From Macrostomum lignano (taxonomy: Eukaryota), in the NCBI GenBank assembly GCA_002269645.1, contig NIVC01003242.1, positions 1 through 52,110 on the forward strand: 52,110 nt of DNA, written 5' to 3'. The notes under the pieces were generated by a model, which saw nothing but the letters and a program-made list of their open reading frames with translations, did no database searches and was not told where the DNA came from. The first letter of the stretch is position 1, and the number at the start of each line of letters is the position of its first letter. The position numbers and the translations under genes were made by a program. This document shows, piece by piece, positions 28,501 through 41,970 of the stretch.

Positions 28501-31500
28501 GAACCAGTGTTCGTGCCCCGAAACTCATACTTATCTAAAGTCTTGCTTTCGTCAACCTTTCTTATAATTTCGAAGACGTCGAACTCATCGCCAAGGTTTA
28601 CAAGCATTTCTAGCAGATCCCTCACATGCGTTTTTGATCCTGAGTAAGACAAATAGCCATTGAAGGATAGCACGCCAATCCGAACATTTCTCTCTCCAAT
28701 GTTTAGCGACCGGATTATTGCCTTCGCTGAGTCCACAACAGTGCTGTAGTGACTAAGAATGCTACCAGATTTATCCAGCATTATCACCACATCTGCGACT
28801 TGATCTTTGCACTCGCTTGCTCTGACTGGAAAATAGACATCCTTGCAGACTGACTGACTGACTGACTGACTGACTGACTGACTGACTGACTGACTGACTG
28901 ACTGACTGACTGACTGACTGACTGACTGACTGACTGACTGACTGACTGACTGACTGACTGACTGACTGACTGACTGACTGACTGACTGACTGACTGACTG
29001 ACTGACTGACTGACTGACTGACTGACTGACTGACTGACTGACTGAGTGAGTGACTGACTGACTGACTGACTGACTGACTGACTGACTGACTGACTGACTG
29101 ACTGACTGACTGACTGACTGACTGACTGACTGACTGACTGACTGACTGACTGACTGACTGACTGACTGACTGACTGACTGACTGACTGAGTGACTGACTG
29201 ACTGACTGACTGACTGACTGACTGACTGACTGACTGACTGACTGACTGACTGACTGACTGACTGACTGACTGACTGACTGACTGACTGACTGACTGACTG
29301 ACTGACTGACTGACTGACTGACTGACTGACTGACTGACTGACTGACTGACTGACTGACTGACTGACTGACTGACTGACTGACTGACTGACTGACTGACTG
29401 ACTGACTGACTGACTGACTGACTGACTGACTGACTGACTGACTGACTGACTGACTGACTGACTGACTGACTGACTGACTGACTGACTGACTGACTGACTG
29501 ACTGAGTGACTGACTGACTGACTGACTGACTGACTGACTGACTGACTGACTGACTGACTGACTGACTGACTGACTGACTGACTGAGTGAGTGACTGACTG
29601 ACTGACTGACTGACTGACTGACTGACTGACTGACTGACTGACTGACTGACTGACTGACTGACTGACTGACTGACTGACTGACTGACTGACTGACTGACTG
29701 ACTGACTGACTGACTGACTGACTGACTGACTGACTGACTGACTGACTGACTGACTGACTGACTGACTGACTGGCTAATTGACGAATGAGTGACTGACTGG
29801 CTGACTGACTGGCATTAATTGGAAGAACAGGAAACTTACAGCAATTCACTTTGTGCTTCTCCTCATATGTCACGCACGACTGTTTCTTTCGGTCGAGAAA
29901 CTGCAGCGTCTCAACGATTTCCGAATTGCCGTCAGCTTGGCATGAGCCAATGCTTCGCTCCATCTTGTAGCAGGAATGTTTCTCGGCTGCAAGTGTTTGC
30001 TGGTGTACTTTACTCCAGTGTTGCCTTATTGTATATAAATTGATTATATATATGACTTTATTTGAACATCAATGATTGTAAATAGATGAAAGTGAAAGTA
30101 GATATGCAATTAGTGGTTTGGTATGGTATAGTTGAGGTAGGTGCGCTGTGTGGGTGGGAACACCGCAAGATTAGGGTGGGGGCGTGAATTTAGGGGCACC
30201 GTGAGGGCAGCGGTACTGTGTGGGCTGTCACAGGGCGCTGTGGTGTTTTAAAAGTACTGTACGCTAGTACTGTACTGTACGCTCTATCTTGCTGCAGGAC
30301 TGCTTCTCGACTGGAAACGGCAAATGTTTAGATAATGTTTTTACCTGGTTTTGGAGCAGTCTTAGTGAAGAATGAATTTCGTTGTGAGCTTACTGGAAGC
30401 ATTACGAGCGTAGTGCAATTTAAAGAGTTACAAGTAATATCAGGTGTTGCATATCATAGCAACGTGTTTCTCGGGATTATTCGCAGATCAAGAATATTCG
30501 CTAGGACATCAGCCTAACGCTGTAAACTTTACATTCGCTACATCTCGCCGTAGTTTAGGGCCAAATGAGTTTCAACTCATTACTACACTACTGTACGCTC
30601 GAGTTCTATGTTTTATCCCGAGGTAAAAAAAACACATGCATGCTGCTTTCTGTTCTGGACTGACCTGACCCCGTAGCTTTCTTCTCTCATCCCACCTTGA
30701 AAAGCAATGTTTTACTAGTGATTTATAACTAGTGGTCGACTGTTAAGAGCTTCTAAATAGCAGCTACGCAAAATAAGCACGTTACCGTAAAATTTTAACC
30801 AGTGCTTCTTTAAATTGAGTTTCATCAGACCACAGGTGTCCAATTGCTAGTGGGACAAATTAGCTCGTGACTAAGAATAAACTAACACTTAAGATTGTGG
30901 CAAAGTGCCACTGGACTGATCTGAGGTTGCTTGAGGGTGTAGGGTTGCGTGGGCATGTTGACTTTGCTTAAGTAGCTCGTATATGCACATTATTAATTGT
31001 TCTTCCTCGCGTGTACGTGTATCGTGTGTACTAATGTACGTCGTGCCTATTAAATATATATACGCGTGCGCTAACTAGCAGTCGCTCAAGCTTTTCTCGA
31101 GAAGTTCTAACTTACTCAACCAGTGGAGTCCGCGTGAGTTATTACAGAGATAAAGTTTACAACAGGCGGACAGTAAAAGTTGTAATCGATCGATGGTGAA
31201 CCTAGGCAAGGGCCAAACTGGAGGGCCAGGAGAGCGCCAAAGTGGAAAGTCGGGAGATGGTGAACCTAGGCAAGGGCCAAACTGGAGGGCCAGGAGAGCG
31301 CCAAAGTGGAAAGTCGGGAGATGGTGAACCTAGGCAAGGGCCAAACTGGAGGGCCAGGAGAGCGCCAAAGTGGAAAGTCGGGAGATGGTGAACCTAGGCA
31401 AGGGCCAAACTGGAGGGCCAGGAGAGCGCCAAAGTGGAAAGTCGGGAGATGGTGAACCTAGGCAAGGGCCAAACTGGAGGGCCAGGAGAGCGCCAAAGTG

Positions 31501-34500
31501 GAAAGGGAGATGGTGAACCTAGGCAAGGGAGGGTGGAACCTAGGACAAGGGCTGTGGAAAGTCGGGAGAGGGTGAACCTAGACAAGGGCTGTCGCCCACC
31601 AAGGCCATTAGGCCATAAGTTTCGGTACAGCGCTCGGGAAGAGATTCTCGCGCGTTCAGCCAGTCGGAACAGTAAACGTGCTTATTTGTAGCTGGTTCAG
31701 TGGATAGATGACATTCTGATGTTACAACCACGCAGCGTGCTCAGCGGGTACGATCCGGGAAGAGAGTACACAAGGCACACGGAGCTCGGCCTTCAGCACC
31801 TCTATCTCGCAACTCTTTAGCGGGTTTTCACCTACCGCGCCAACGCTGTCACAGGAAACTTTGGTGCTAACAGTACCTAAAAATAGCTGTTTATACTTCG
31901 TTGCATCAAAAGAGCAAGCGGCTGTTACGAAGCAGTGTCCAGTTTTTAAAGCTGTCCCGACCCGGAATTTCGTTCACATAGTTTCACAGTTAACTCGGAC
32001 AATCTAGTTGATCAAACGATATTGGGCCAGAGTCACTTCCAGGCCTAGATGATACCTCGGCTTAGGGGCACTCTGTTCTGGCCTCATCCTTGCCTCTAGG
32101 GTCCTTGCCTATCCAGTCATTCTTTCCATAAAAATCTGTTGACAATAGCTCGTATCACCACAAGAAGTACTTTTGTGGGCAAACGCGTCTTCAAAATTGC
32201 ACTGTAATATACGTGAACCGCAATAAATTAACTAATAGACCAACTAAATGACAAGACAGTTAATGGTCCGCCTTTATTAGTAGTGCCTCGTGTGCTGGTT
32301 TACTTTCTACTTCAAGTACATGTTAAACTACTCATATTTGCAATTTACGCTCATACAAGATACTGGCAAATCAGAAAACTTTTCATTTTTTCCAACCCTA
32401 AGGCCCAAGAAGTCTTTGCGTTTGAGTAAAAATTGAGCCCTCAGAGAGAAAGAAATCAGCAAATGGAGTAACTCACCGCAAGACTGAAATGATCGAGCAA
32501 TCTGCTGTCTGCAGACTTCCATGCCAGATGAAGTGAAAGCACTGTCGTTTACCGTTAATACGTGCTGCGACTTTCCAAAGCAAGTTTCACGCTTCACAGT
32601 CCGACCCGAGCTTTTGCAGGCTGGCTTCGGGCAAACTTTATTGTTTAGCGACTTGGCGGACTCCATGGCCTTGTTTGTGTTCTTGAAGAGCAGGTAGTTG
32701 GTTCCAAAAATAACCTTCAGTTCGTGGCTAAAATTTATTTTGCCGACAAGATGCAAGCTAAATCATCATGTTAAATTATCCACTATGTCAGGATGTAATT
32801 CAACCCACTTATATAATCGAATTTGAAATCGAAATGATATCAGCACCCAAATGACAGATGCAGCCATTGGGGCATGCATTGTTCAGTACCTGCTAGATGC
32901 AAATCAGCGACTTGCGAGAAGGAATGAAGTGGAACAGTGACGCAACTGTGACGTTGCCAGTTTAAGGTTATCCCGCAAAAGGGCCGTTGGACTACAATTT
33001 CACTACAATTTCTCATTTAAAATTCTCTAATCTTGTATTCTCACGTTTACTTGTAGTAGCGCCCAGCGAATCTGTATCAGTTGCTAAATCACTGCGTACT
33101 TTGTAATCTTTGCGTACGTTTGTAGAATCTCGCGCGATCGATAATTTCTGTTTCTTGTTTTTCCCTCGCCAGCCAATGAAAACTCTCCGCATATATTATG
33201 CTAACCCTCCTGCGCTCCTTGATTAACCCCGCCTGGCGGCGGGCTGGGGGTTTTCACGCTCTTCCCCTCGTCGCTCGCTTTTCCTTTTGGTTTCTCCCTT
33301 CCTTGCCTTTCCTTCTCTCTCCTTATTTCGCAACCAACCTTTAGTAACAGCAGATAGATTAAAATAGCACTTAAGGCCACGAGGCAATTTTCCTCTTTCG
33401 TTCGTTAAATCAATTTTTCATTTGAACACGAACAGTACTAACTTAAAACGACAAAAAAGATAACAGCATGTCGTGGAAACCTTCGTAGCATTTAGAAAAG
33501 CATGAAATTGAAATCGCGCCAAAGCGAGCGAGCTCCCGCATTGTGAAATTAATGTTGCACAGCTCCAGTGCGGGACGCACTTGCCCAGGGGGTACTTTAA
33601 ATGAAGGTGCTGCAGGGCGACCAGTCATGTCGTTGAATATAATTGTATGTTTTTAAGCAGTAGCTGACTTATAAATTATTTTCTTCGTACCCCTTCTAGT
33701 TTTCTAGTGATATCACCGCATTTTTAACCATAGACAGTTGCTAAAAGACAGTTGTTGCTTTACTTTCTTACACGCCTTGGCGCGATCTCAATCTCATGCT
33801 CTTCTAAATGCCACGAAGAATTCCACGACATACTGTTATCGTTTTTTGTCGTTTTTTAAGTTAGTACTGTTCGTGTTCAAACGAAAAAGTAATTTAACGA
33901 ATGAAAGAGAAAAATTGCCTGCCACGGCACGAATACTACATGAAAATGAATACGGCATCAATACGACATTGCGACATACATGCGATGTAAAAACATCACG
34001 TTGTGCGGGACGACGTCGTTTCGACGTCGTTTCTCTCAGTGGGTGGGGTTGGTTTATCCTTCAAATAAACTTTCTGGCTGCACCATTATTAAAAAAAGTT
34101 GCTTTTTAACGGATGATAAAACTGTGCTATAAAGACTTTCAGGGTTCAGGCATCAACTGAAACTATATATAGCTATGAAAACAAATTGTATGTGAGCTAA
34201 AGAAAAAAACAATAAAATTTAATCACCTGTTCCACAATCCGCCGATTCCGATTGCGTGCACTGCGTTTCCCGTCAACTTCAAGACTGCGACTTCCGACTT
34301 AATCGAAGCCAGTTCCGCGTCGCTCGATCCCGTTATTCTCTCAGCGCACTGCCTGTCCTTTACCAGAGCTAAGAGTCTTGGAGTCGGAGCAGCCCTGGCC
34401 TTGTTGAGCACGGACTCTCGAGCCAGCTTGACGCCCTTCGAGATTACGGCTCGTTCGGAACTCATCGTCAGCCTGTCGACCGCGGAGTTAAAGTCCGACA

Positions 34501-34792
34501 GAGACGTCACGTCGTCGAAGTTGGCGAGAACCTGCGCAGTCTGCGACATGCCGATCAGAGCCAGTCGAGTTTTTGTGGGACCGATTGGAAATTTAGAGAC
34601 CAAGGCCTTCACCTCTGAGAGCAGCCTGTCGAACTGTGTTTGAGAGCATGAAGACGATGTGTCCACTGCGACCACCAAGTCCAGGTTGATGCAGGGGCTT
34701 GTCGAGCAGCTGAGCTCAATCTGATGCACCAGTATTAAGAGAGCAATGACAGACAGAACCTTCCAGCATCTTGGATAAGTGTTGGAGAGCAT
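25593..34792 (-). CDS. Secreted double-VWA protein, copy C (669 aa, 7 exons; near-identical to A)
   Basis: Exons 34792-34227, 32727-32477, 29986-29840, 28825-28315, 27255-26981, 26652-26530, 25729-25593; the sum of 2010 nt is open. It differs from A by ~4 aa substitutions and a 2-aa C-terminal deletion (VVDN* vs VVDNPN*). Confidence 0.88.
25797..26478. repeat. 29-bp minisatellite in intron 6 of copy C (~23 units)
   Basis: Same unit. It includes variant units (GGGAGCTCTGGCAGGCAT) not seen in A. Confidence 0.95.
28848..29775. repeat. (GACT)n array in intron 3 of copy C
   Basis: ~0.93 kb with GAGT interruptions only, between the donor at 29839 and the acceptor at 28826. Confidence 0.97.
31195..31590. 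repeat. 64-bp minisatellite in intron 2 of copy C (~5 units plus rearranged partials)
   Basis: Units start at 31195, 31259, 31323, 31387 and 31451, followed by truncated units. Confidence 0.93.
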
Positions 34793-34995
34793 TTCGATTT
34801 GTGAGCCGATTATTCAAGTGTAAGCTACGCTTTTCTTTCACAGCTAAAACTCTATGAAGTATCGCTTAAGCTGGTCCCTTTGACTTTTTCGTACTTATAT
34901 TGAAGCCTTTGCTTCGTTTGTCTTTGGCAAAAGCTCCTTTCTGTGTTACTGAAATGCGTCTCACTGTAACTGTACACGGGGATTCTGAGCAAGTA
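34793..34995 (-). promoter_or_regulatory. Conserved ~200-bp proximal promoter/5'UTR of the VWA genes (copy C instance)
   Basis: Near-identical upstream of A (14677-14880), B (24808-25050) and D (50581-50781, inverted). A TATAAG-like box lies at 34894-34899, ~100 bp before the ATG. Confidence 0.5.
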
Positions 34996-36876
34996 AAATA
35001 TTTACTGCCATAGACAACAAAAGTTGTGACTTTCCCTTTGCAATTCTGAGTGTTTTAGTTTTAAATTGACAGTGCGAAGTTGGCTCTAGAGTAAACCAAC
35101 TTTCATTTCATCGAGGGTGGCAAGAAAAATAATAAGTAATTGAATAAACTACATCGAGCCTGTCCTCTTTTACAGTCACTTTTTAAACTTTATTATGAAA
35201 CATGTTGCTTAAAGCTAAAATTATCAACCCTGAAATACAGCTGTCTAGCCAAAGATATCAAATCTCTTGTACGAACTTTGGCTAAAAGCATCAGGGCAAT
35301 CTTTCATGAGCCCCATAATTTCAGAAATCCATCCGTGATACTTCAAACCTCAGCAATTCCCTTATGAGTCACTGCATTTCAGCAATTTTTATTATGAACC
35401 ATGAGGAGTACGAGATCTGCTAGCAAAATATCTGCTAGCCGAACATAATTTACTTTGCTCTCTTATCTTTGCTTTTTGATAGAGTACGCTCGTAGTAACA
35501 AAGAGTCCTAGCTTAGAGATTATACTGTTTATGCACGAGTCTGCCACAGACCCCGAGAAACTGAAATGTTGAGGCTCATGTAGGATTTTCTGGAAGGTCA
35601 AGGTGCATGAGGGATTGCTGAGATGTGGCTCAACGAGGGGAGGGGGTTGTAAAGACGCTAAGGGTAAATTGGAAGTTGTTTGTTGGACAAGCCAAAGGTA
35701 AGTCAAAGGAGGGACAGTTAAGGTTAAGCCATGGCTCTTATGGAGGCTTTGATGCCCAAACTCCACAAGGGTGCTGGTAAACAACCAGTGGTTTTTGCAA
35801 AATTAAAATTTTGGCGACAATGAAACAATAAGTAGATGGTATATCACAGATAGGATTTTGCGTAGTGCCTGCATCTTTTGCTCACATCGGATAGCAAAGA
35901 ATTGAACTCGAAGCACGTTGTTTCTGGGCCCAGGCTGCTGCGGTTTTACAGCACATCCGTAGCAATGGCCATGCCTTTGGGCACCGCAATTTTCTCTCAC
36001 AGTATTCTGTTGTGGGGAGACGACTCTTGACCTTTGGGCCGAAACACTGCTTCGCTATTGATATGGATCGCCTCTCAGGGCAGGAAAATTGATCTGCATG
36101 CCGGTCGCCGAGATAGTGATGTAATTTGAGCATCATACGTAAATTACCTTTAATTGTCCTCAATTATTAATTGTTGTTTCTTCTATTTTTGGCTGTTTTT
36201 CAAAGTGCTTTTTGTTTGTAGAGTTTATTATTGGAAACAGGTCAAAACAGCTAGACGCATTTCCAAAACCAGTTTGGCTCAGGGGAGGGTCGACAACTTT
36301 GCAATGTACCCCGGCTTTGCGCGACCAGCCAATCAGGATTGGCCTGGACCCCTGACACGCGGCAAACCAGCTCTACCCAGCCTGAGAGCGCGCCGCAGGT
36401 TCAGTGCAATCCGGATTATCGAGCGGCCAGCCAGACAATCCAAATTTTGTTAATATAAATAATTTTGTTAATAATTTTTAATAATAATTATTAATTAATA
36501 ATAACAATAATGATAATAAATTATTTAAAATAATAAAAAAATTGTTAATAGGTAATATTATTTTGTTAATAAAGTTAACAAAAGTGACGGTACAAGAGGA
36601 AAGGCTCGATGTAGTTTATTCAATTTTTTATTTCTTTTTTGCTGCCAACTCACTGTAGCATGCGCAGGCAGCCAGTTCGGGCACATAGTTTGCACTCCGC
36701 TTCCCCTTGCTCGAGCACATCCCAACTCAATGAACCGGAGATCTGAGTTCTGCCAGACAGTAAATATACAGACACAGCCACCTTCTATTTCTCCACCTTT
36801 TTGAGGGGCTAAATAAAATAACACTCGCAATAACCAGCTAGATTTGCTCGCTAAATTTGTGGCAAGAAAGAACCCA

Positions 36877-38800
36877 ATGGCGCTACTACAGCTACCGCCG
36901 CCATCCGCATTCAGCATCAGTGCGGACCCCCACACCGTCAGCAAGCGCTGGACAGAGTGGGCCACCACACTAAAGCGATTCCTGGCAGCATCAGGAATCT
37001 CGGACGACGCCCAGAAGCAGGAAATCCTTCTGTACATCGCGGGAAAAGAGTTTGCAGACATCTTTAAAGAGATCTCAGAGATGCGTCCCGCCACTGACCA
37101 GGGAAGCCATCGACAGCTGGTACAACCGACTGTGCAACGCGGCTGAGGCCTGCCAGTTCGGAGAGCTGCGCCAGTCCTTCATCTGCTACCAGATCGTCGC
37201 CTGCTGCCGCAGCGACTCCCTCCGAAAGCGGCTGCTCAACTTGCCCAACATCAGCCTCCCGGAGGCCCTCCAGCTGGCGAGAACAAACGAAGCAGCCAGC
37301 CAGCAGGCGGCCATCATGGGGCGCTCGGCATCCGGACCAGCTGAAGAAGTGCATGCGGCTCGCGACAAGCGCCCCGCCAGGCGCCCGCCAGGCAGCCCGG
37401 CCGACAAATGCCTGCGGTGCGGAGAGCCCGGCCACCGCACTTGCAACCGGGCCCAAGGCAAGCGCTGCAGCAACTGCGGCAAGCTGCACCACCTGGCGAA
37501 GGCCTGCCTAAGCGGCCGCGCACGCATCAACATGGCAGAGCCTGAGCCAGAGGAACCAGCAGTGGCGCACCTGGAGGAGGCGGCATTCTCCAGCCTCGAC
37601 CCCAGCCGCAAAAGCGCCACCTTCAAAGCGGTCATCAACGGCTCAAACGTACCCATTCTGATCGACAGCGGCGCGAGCTGCAATGTGCTTAGCCAGCGGA
37701 CCCTTCATCTAAGTGGAGCACCCGAGCGGGCGTTTCAGCTCAAACACACAAGGATCTATACTCTCGGAGCAGCGAGGCCCTTGACACCGTTGGCCAGATC
37801 ACTCTGCACACGAAGATCAACGGCAACTCGGAGAGAGTGCGCTTAATCGTCATCAGAGAGGACTGCATCACCATCCTAGGCCTCAAAACAATCACGCAGA
37901 TGGGGATGCTGAGGGTCGGACCGCAGGCCGAGCCAGCTCTCACCGCAGGACTGTCAACGACCTGCACCTTCCGCAAGACTTGCGACTGTCATCGATCATG
38001 AAGGAGTTTTGCGACAGGTTTCAAGGAATCGGCTGCATCAAGGGCGTCAGCATCCAGGTGAAGGAAGAAGCGGTGCCAATCTGCCACCCTCCGTCTCGAG
38101 TTCCGGTGCATCTTCGAACCGCCGTGGAAAAGGAGGTGAAGGACCAGCTAGCAGCCGGCATCCTGGAGCGAGTGACGGCCGGCCCAGCGCTTGGAGTTCA
38201 CCATTGTGGTCGTTCCAAAGGCCTCGCCAGGTGAGATTCGCATCAAGTAGGACCCGAGGGACGTAAATAAGTACGTTATTCCAGAAAAACAGTCAATACC
38301 GACATTCGAAGAAGTCACCGACGAGCTCCACCTATTTCTCCGAACTGGTCGTTGCCAAGGTCTTCCATCAGATCGAGGTCACCGAGGAGTCACGGCAGCT
38401 GCTCACTTTCTCAACGCCTCTGGGCCTGCTTTGCCTCCAGCGCCTTTGCATGGGACTTACTTCAGCATCCGAAATCAGCAGGCAATGCGCCTCTCGGCGG
38501 CCGGAATCCAACCGATAGAGAAAAAGCTGGAGGCTTTGGCTAACTTCAAGCAACCAGAAAATTCAACGAAGGTGTGGTCCTTCCTCGGACTTGTCACATT
38601 CGTAGCCCGCTTCATCCCAAACCTCGCCGACAAAGCGAGGCCACTTCGAGAGCTGACCAAGAAGAACTGAAATGGTCGTGGGGCCCACAACAAGCCTCAG
38701 CCTTCCAGTCCATCAAGCAGTCGATCGCACACAGCACCACACGCTTGCCTTCTTCAACAAGAACTGCGAGACCGGGTTGATCGTCGACGCCAGCCCGACT
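36877..38800 (+). mobile_element. Decayed Ty3/Gypsy retrotransposon (gag-protease-partial RT), frameshifted and truncated
   Basis: Gag MALLQLPPPSAF..RWTEW..; zinc knuckles CLRCGEPGH and CSNCGKLHHLAKAC; aspartic protease ILIDSGASCNVL; RT pieces GFHQIEVTEESRQLLTFSTPLG and SFLGLVTFVARFIPNLADKARPLRELTKK; ends at LIVDASP. The YxDD region and integrase are missing. Confidence 0.9.
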
Positions 38801-40910
38801 GAGATATTGAAAACTTTTAAAGGAGGGCATTACTGTTGCATGTGACTAAAATCGTGGTAGGTTTAGGATGGTGAAACTGGTGATTGGTATCTAGCTTTTT
38901 TGATTACTTAGCCAGTTAAACCACGATATACGAGCTAGCTTTTGTAACGCTGGAGCCAAATAAAATGGAGCGATTAGTTTCTCTCAAATCTGTCTCTGCC
39001 AGTGCCAGTTTAGTCCATAGTAAGTAACCAAAGTAAAATACCCATTAGTGGTCCCGTTTCTAATGTTTATAAATAATAAGCTTCAATTTAATTTTGGCAC
39101 AGTATGCAATTTTGAAAATTCACCCTAATAACGGTTTCCACCAGCAGGAAAGTAACTGTTTTGTCGTTGGAAATCGGATCAAGCAATCAAAACAGTGTAT
39201 TTCTTTAAAAAAGGGTACTTTTTTCCCTTTTTTCAAATATTTAATCAGGTTTCGCTCTTTCGAGAAAAAAATCATCGCAGTACCTTAAAGTACAGTTAGT
39301 TTGGAATTAAATGACGGCGTTGAATTGTTTCTTCCATATTCTAAAAATTATAATGAGCACTTTTCCACAAAGCAGTTTGAGATCATGATTTTTAGTCTTT
39401 CGTCTATAACTTCCGTATTTCAAGTGTTTAAGAATTGATAACTTCCACACTTGTGTATCTTTGAATTGCGCATCGATTGGTGCATAGTATGTATGCTTAA
39501 CTATTAGCAGTATAGAAAAAATGCAAAAAAACTGTAAAAGTACATTCCCAAAGCATGACAACAATCAAAGCATAAAATGAAGATTTCAAGAAATTGGGTT
39601 ACTTTTCCACAGACGAACTTGACTCACTTTCTTACTTAAATTTATCATAGACAGCTTCTTTTCTTACCATGGACAAAGCAAACACTTTTTCTGATCAGGC
39701 TGTATTTGCACTGACGAATTTCACCTACTTAGACAAATTCGAAGTCACTTTCTCTAAAAATTTCCCATAGACACTCATTCTCTTCCCCTTGAGCGCTGTA
39801 TAGTTTTGCATACGCTGACGAATTTGAACTCACTTTTGACGAATCCGAAGTGGAAAAAGTATAGTTACTACAAGAACTGACAGTTATAACTTAAATGTGT
39901 TTCTTGTTTTTGTTAACAGAATTTAGTGCTGCCTCTGTATTTCCATGTATGTAAATATTTTCTGTTTTCTTTGTCGTTTCATAATCATACTAGTCCACCA
40001 TATTACTTTTAGATGGCGTTACTTTCAGAGAAAGTCGAAAACAAAAAAACGAGGCGAAAACGACTTTGTCAATGACTTTGACAACGGGGTGAAGGGATGC
40101 TAAAAGTGAAGATCGAGCGAGACAAAAATAACTGGCTCAGTTTAGCACTCCATTCTATTCTTACCTCCATGGCTTTGACCCAGAACTTGAATTTAGACGA
40201 TAGAAGAAAAAGCGCTCTCAATAAGGAACTATTTAAATTGAATAGAAAGCCGAAAATCGACATGTGGTTTTTTCGACGCGTTTCGCACACCAAGGTATAT
40301 TGTTTGAAACGAAAGGTTTGAGCAAGCGAATTTATAAATTATTTGTCAATTAACGTATGTAGCTGGTGAGTAAGTATTTTGTATGTACAAAGTAGTTGGA
40401 GGTTGATAGTCCGTAGGGCGGGGCGAAGACCAATAGGCAGAAAACAAAATATAATTGAATGAGCACTGCATGGATACAACAAGGTCAGTGCTCTCTCACT
40501 CAGAATATACGGAGGACATGGCCTGCACCACTGTGTTGGAGTTGAGTATTAAGGGTGGGCGACTGGTTTTTTTATATACAAGGCTTCTAAGATTTTGAGC
40601 TTGTGATCAGATGGGCATGGAATATCTGATGTCTAAATTGAAGTTCAATTTGTCCAATTCAAAAGTCCAACTGAAATTAAAATAGATAGTCGAAAATTAA
40701 TGTCGAGTTGTCTAAATTGTATTGCAGATTTGTTGAAATTAACGGGAAAAGGTGTAGTTAATTTGGGCCTTGGGGTCTTGACGTAGAGCCGACTCATGCA
40801 GGCTATCAGGCTTGGCTTTAGACAAGCTGTGAGACGAGATTGTGCTGACTCAGGCTCGTCCTAGTTCTGTAGTTGCAGTTTCAGATGGCTATTTTTTATT
40901 TAACTGATGA

Positions 40911-41024
40911 AGGCCTGTTCACAACGCCATTAAATGAGGTCAAAGTTCGTGCGATCCCACAACTTGTGTACATCAAATTCAATCTTTTTGGTCGTGTGAT
41001 TTGGTTGGCATTGTGAATGAGCCT
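40911..41024. mobile_element. ~115-bp MITE (PIF/Harbinger-like TIR)
   Basis: Ends AGGCCTGTTCACAACGCCA ... TGGCATTGTGAATGAGCCT. Related ends occur at ~43372 (AAGGCCCATTCACA) and ~49095 (TGTGAATGAGCCTT). Confidence 0.5.
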
Positions 41025-41829
41025 TTAGGCTACAATTAATGTCACAGTGCCTGCTAAAGATTGTAGCCTGAATTCAGGTGCCTCGCCTGACGCCCGATGA
41101 TGATGACTGACGTTTTGAAGAGTTTGGTAGTGAAGATCGCCTCCAAGTTATTGCAACCATTTTGGTAAATTTACGATGGCGGCTATGGTATGGTACTAGT
41201 AGTATAGAAGGTTAAGCAGCTGTGCCTGTCGCTGTCGGGACTCGACGATTTAATATGATGAGGACGCACCTTTTTCAATCTTGGAACCGCACATTTTGCT
41301 TCGATACGCTTTTCCTCTACTGTCAGTAAGCTAGCTTAGGGATTTCTCTCCATTCTCTCATCTGGTCTAAGTTCTATACTAATTTATGCCTTTACTATTA
41401 ATTTTCCTAGGAACTTAATGTACTTCGCTTAGGATCCTAATTTTGGATTGTGTACGCACCTTTGAAGGTCAGACTGTCTGGGTTCGAGACGGATTGACCT
41501 CCAACAGTCTAGACAGGCGACACTAAGTCTGGGAGAAGTGTTTTCTAACCCCCCTGATTTGTGGATTTCTCACTGTTTCCCGTGATTTATGGCCGTCTAG
41601 CTGTCACTTTTGGCGCCAGCCTGTCTGGGTCAAAGAGGTCCTTCCAGCTTTCTCCCCACTCACTCTGTTACTTTCTCCTTTGATTTATGGGCGTTTTGCT
41701 GTCACTTTTGGCGCCAAAATGTCTAGACAAGGGGCTTTTATTGCGTTTTGTTCATGATTTATGACCGCACCTGTCAACTCCCCCGGGGTCCGAAGGCCAC
41801 CTGGTGGGGTGGGTTTTGGGGTCTTGAGC

Positions 41830-41970
41830 CCAGCCAATCAGAGTCGACCTGACTGCCTCCGGCTCAGCCAATCAGAAAATTCGGCGCCTATTTTAACAAA
41901 AGCTCTCAGCCAATCGGAAAATTCGGCGTGCGTTATAACTAATCGGCCGCGTGAGAGCTATAAAAGGCGG
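41830..41970 (+). promoter_or_regulatory. Pol II promoter-like module (3x CCAAT + TATAAAAG), probably the U3 of a solo/decayed LTR
   Basis: CCAAT at 41834, 41868 and 41910 (the last two in a TCAGCCAATCRGAAAATTCGGCG direct repeat); TATAAAAG at 41959-41966. No credible downstream ORF. Confidence 0.45.

Noticed and set aside
39600-40330. Possible decayed coding sequence
   Set aside because: Short interrupted frames with no motif I can assign.
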